Shown here: positions 16,393 through 17,277 of the stretch, in pieces
Position numbering within the stretch: the stretch's first letter is position 1
How the letters are laid out: every line of letters begins with the position of its first letter
Assembly (NCBI GenBank): GCA_048938025.1
Contig: JBHLMP010000040.1
Location: 1 to 17,277, forward strand
DNA length: 17,277 nt
Direction of reading: 5' to 3'
Source: Promethearchaeota archaeon
GTDB taxonomy: Archaea; Asgardarchaeota; Lokiarchaeia; Sigyniarchaeales; SOKP01
Program-made: the position numbers and the translations under genes
Notes under the pieces: generated by a model
What the model was told of the DNA's origin: nothing
The model's input: the letters and a program-made list of their open reading frames with translations, nothing else
The model's database searches: none

Positions 16393-17277
16393 TTAAAAGG
16401 AAATTCTGAATTTACGTGCGATATATTTAACAATCTCAAAAGTTATAATGCATATCAGTGAAATCAAGAAACAAACTAGCCAATCAAGAGCAGTCAAGTA
16501 CATAAACATAAAATTTAATCCAGCTCTCGCTAATGCAACTTGAGCATTAGGGATATACATTAGCATAAGAAATACAGCAAATAATAAGCCAATTATCAGG
16601 TACATTCTCTTATTACTATCTTCTTTTAAACTCTTTATTAGTGATTTATTAGGACGTCTTATTTGAAATACTAAGAATGATTCACAGAAAAATAATGTAA
16701 CCATAAGCATTGTAAGAGTTTTTGCTTCTTTTAAACTAACTCCTACAGGAATTAAATCACTTGTTTCTGAAGAGTAAAGGTAAGTACTATTTAAATCATA
16801 ATTTTCTGTAAAAACAGGGTATATTCCACTAATAGTTATATAATAAACTACAACCATACTTATTGCGAGTAAAATTCCAAATATAAACAGAAGTACTAAC
16901 ACATTTTTAGAGAGTATTTCTTCTGAATCGCGAGGCTTTTCTTTCATAACATCTTTTGAAGTGGTATCAAAAGCAAGTATTAATCCAGGAAACATATGAA
17001 GTGTTATTGATAAGAAAATCCATTGTAGATAAAATTCTTCATCTAAAAAATACGGTAAATCAAAGATTATTGCTAATATAAATTGTACAATCCCTTCAAA
17101 GATATTGATACAAATATAAAAGAACACGAGTGCACGAATCCTAGCAAAAATACCTCTACCTTGATGGATACCTGTGACAATTGAGTTAAATGAATCATCT
17201 GAAATAACCATATCGGAAGCTTCTTTAGCTACATCAGTTCCTGTTATACCCATAGCTATCCCTGCATCGGCCATATT
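16393..17277 (-). CDS. Cation-transporting P-type ATPase (P2 type), C-terminal part only (end of P-domain, M5-M10); gene continues beyond the window
   Basis: 'ADAGIAMGITGTDVAKEASDMV..DD.F..IV..I..GR.IF', the M6-loop 'DVMKEKPR' and six TM helices. The frame is open to the window edge, so ATG 17274 is internal. Confidence 0.93.
   Translation of the reverse strand, partial: NMADAGIAMGITGTDVAKEASDMVISDDSFNSIVTGIHQGRGIFARIRALVFFYICINIFEGIVQFILAIIFDLPYFLDEEFYLQWIFLSITLHMFPGLILAFDTTSKDVMKEKPRDSEEILSKNVLVLLFIFGILLAISMVVVYYITISGIYPVFTENYDLNSTYLYSSETSDLIPVGVSLKEAKTLTMLMVTLFFCESFLVFQIRRPNKSLIKSLKEDSNKRMYLIIGLLFAVFLMLMYIPNAQVALARAGLNFMFMYLTALDWLVCFLISLICIITFEIVKYIARKFRISF

Overview
AT-rich (roughly 30% GC by eye), gene-dense archaeal-style DNA. 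TATA boxes lie about 25 nt before start codons, with GGTGA Shine-Dalgarno motifs and oligo-T terminators. The gene families (Loki-type HEAT protein, paralogous GPH-family MFS and LLM/F420 oxidoreductases) suggest an Asgard archaeon of the Lokiarchaeia type (inference). In order, the window holds: a 5'-broken small OB-fold-like ORF; a HEAT-repeat protein; an EamA transporter; a co-oriented minus-strand cluster (GPH-MFS, atypical enolase-superfamily enzyme, GPH-MFS, Cwh43/PGAP2IP-like membrane EEP protein); an MTH1675-like protein; a divergent kbl/tdh threonine-catabolism pair; a symmetric block of minimal HDAC, two divergent LLM oxidoreductases and a GNAT; and the C-terminal part of a P2-type ATPase with a non-canonical M6 ion-binding helix. 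I saw no rRNA, tRNA, CRISPR array or transposase. The best candidates for new biology are the Cwh43-like cluster and the GNAT/LLM/HDAC module. All family assignments come from recalled motifs, not database searches.
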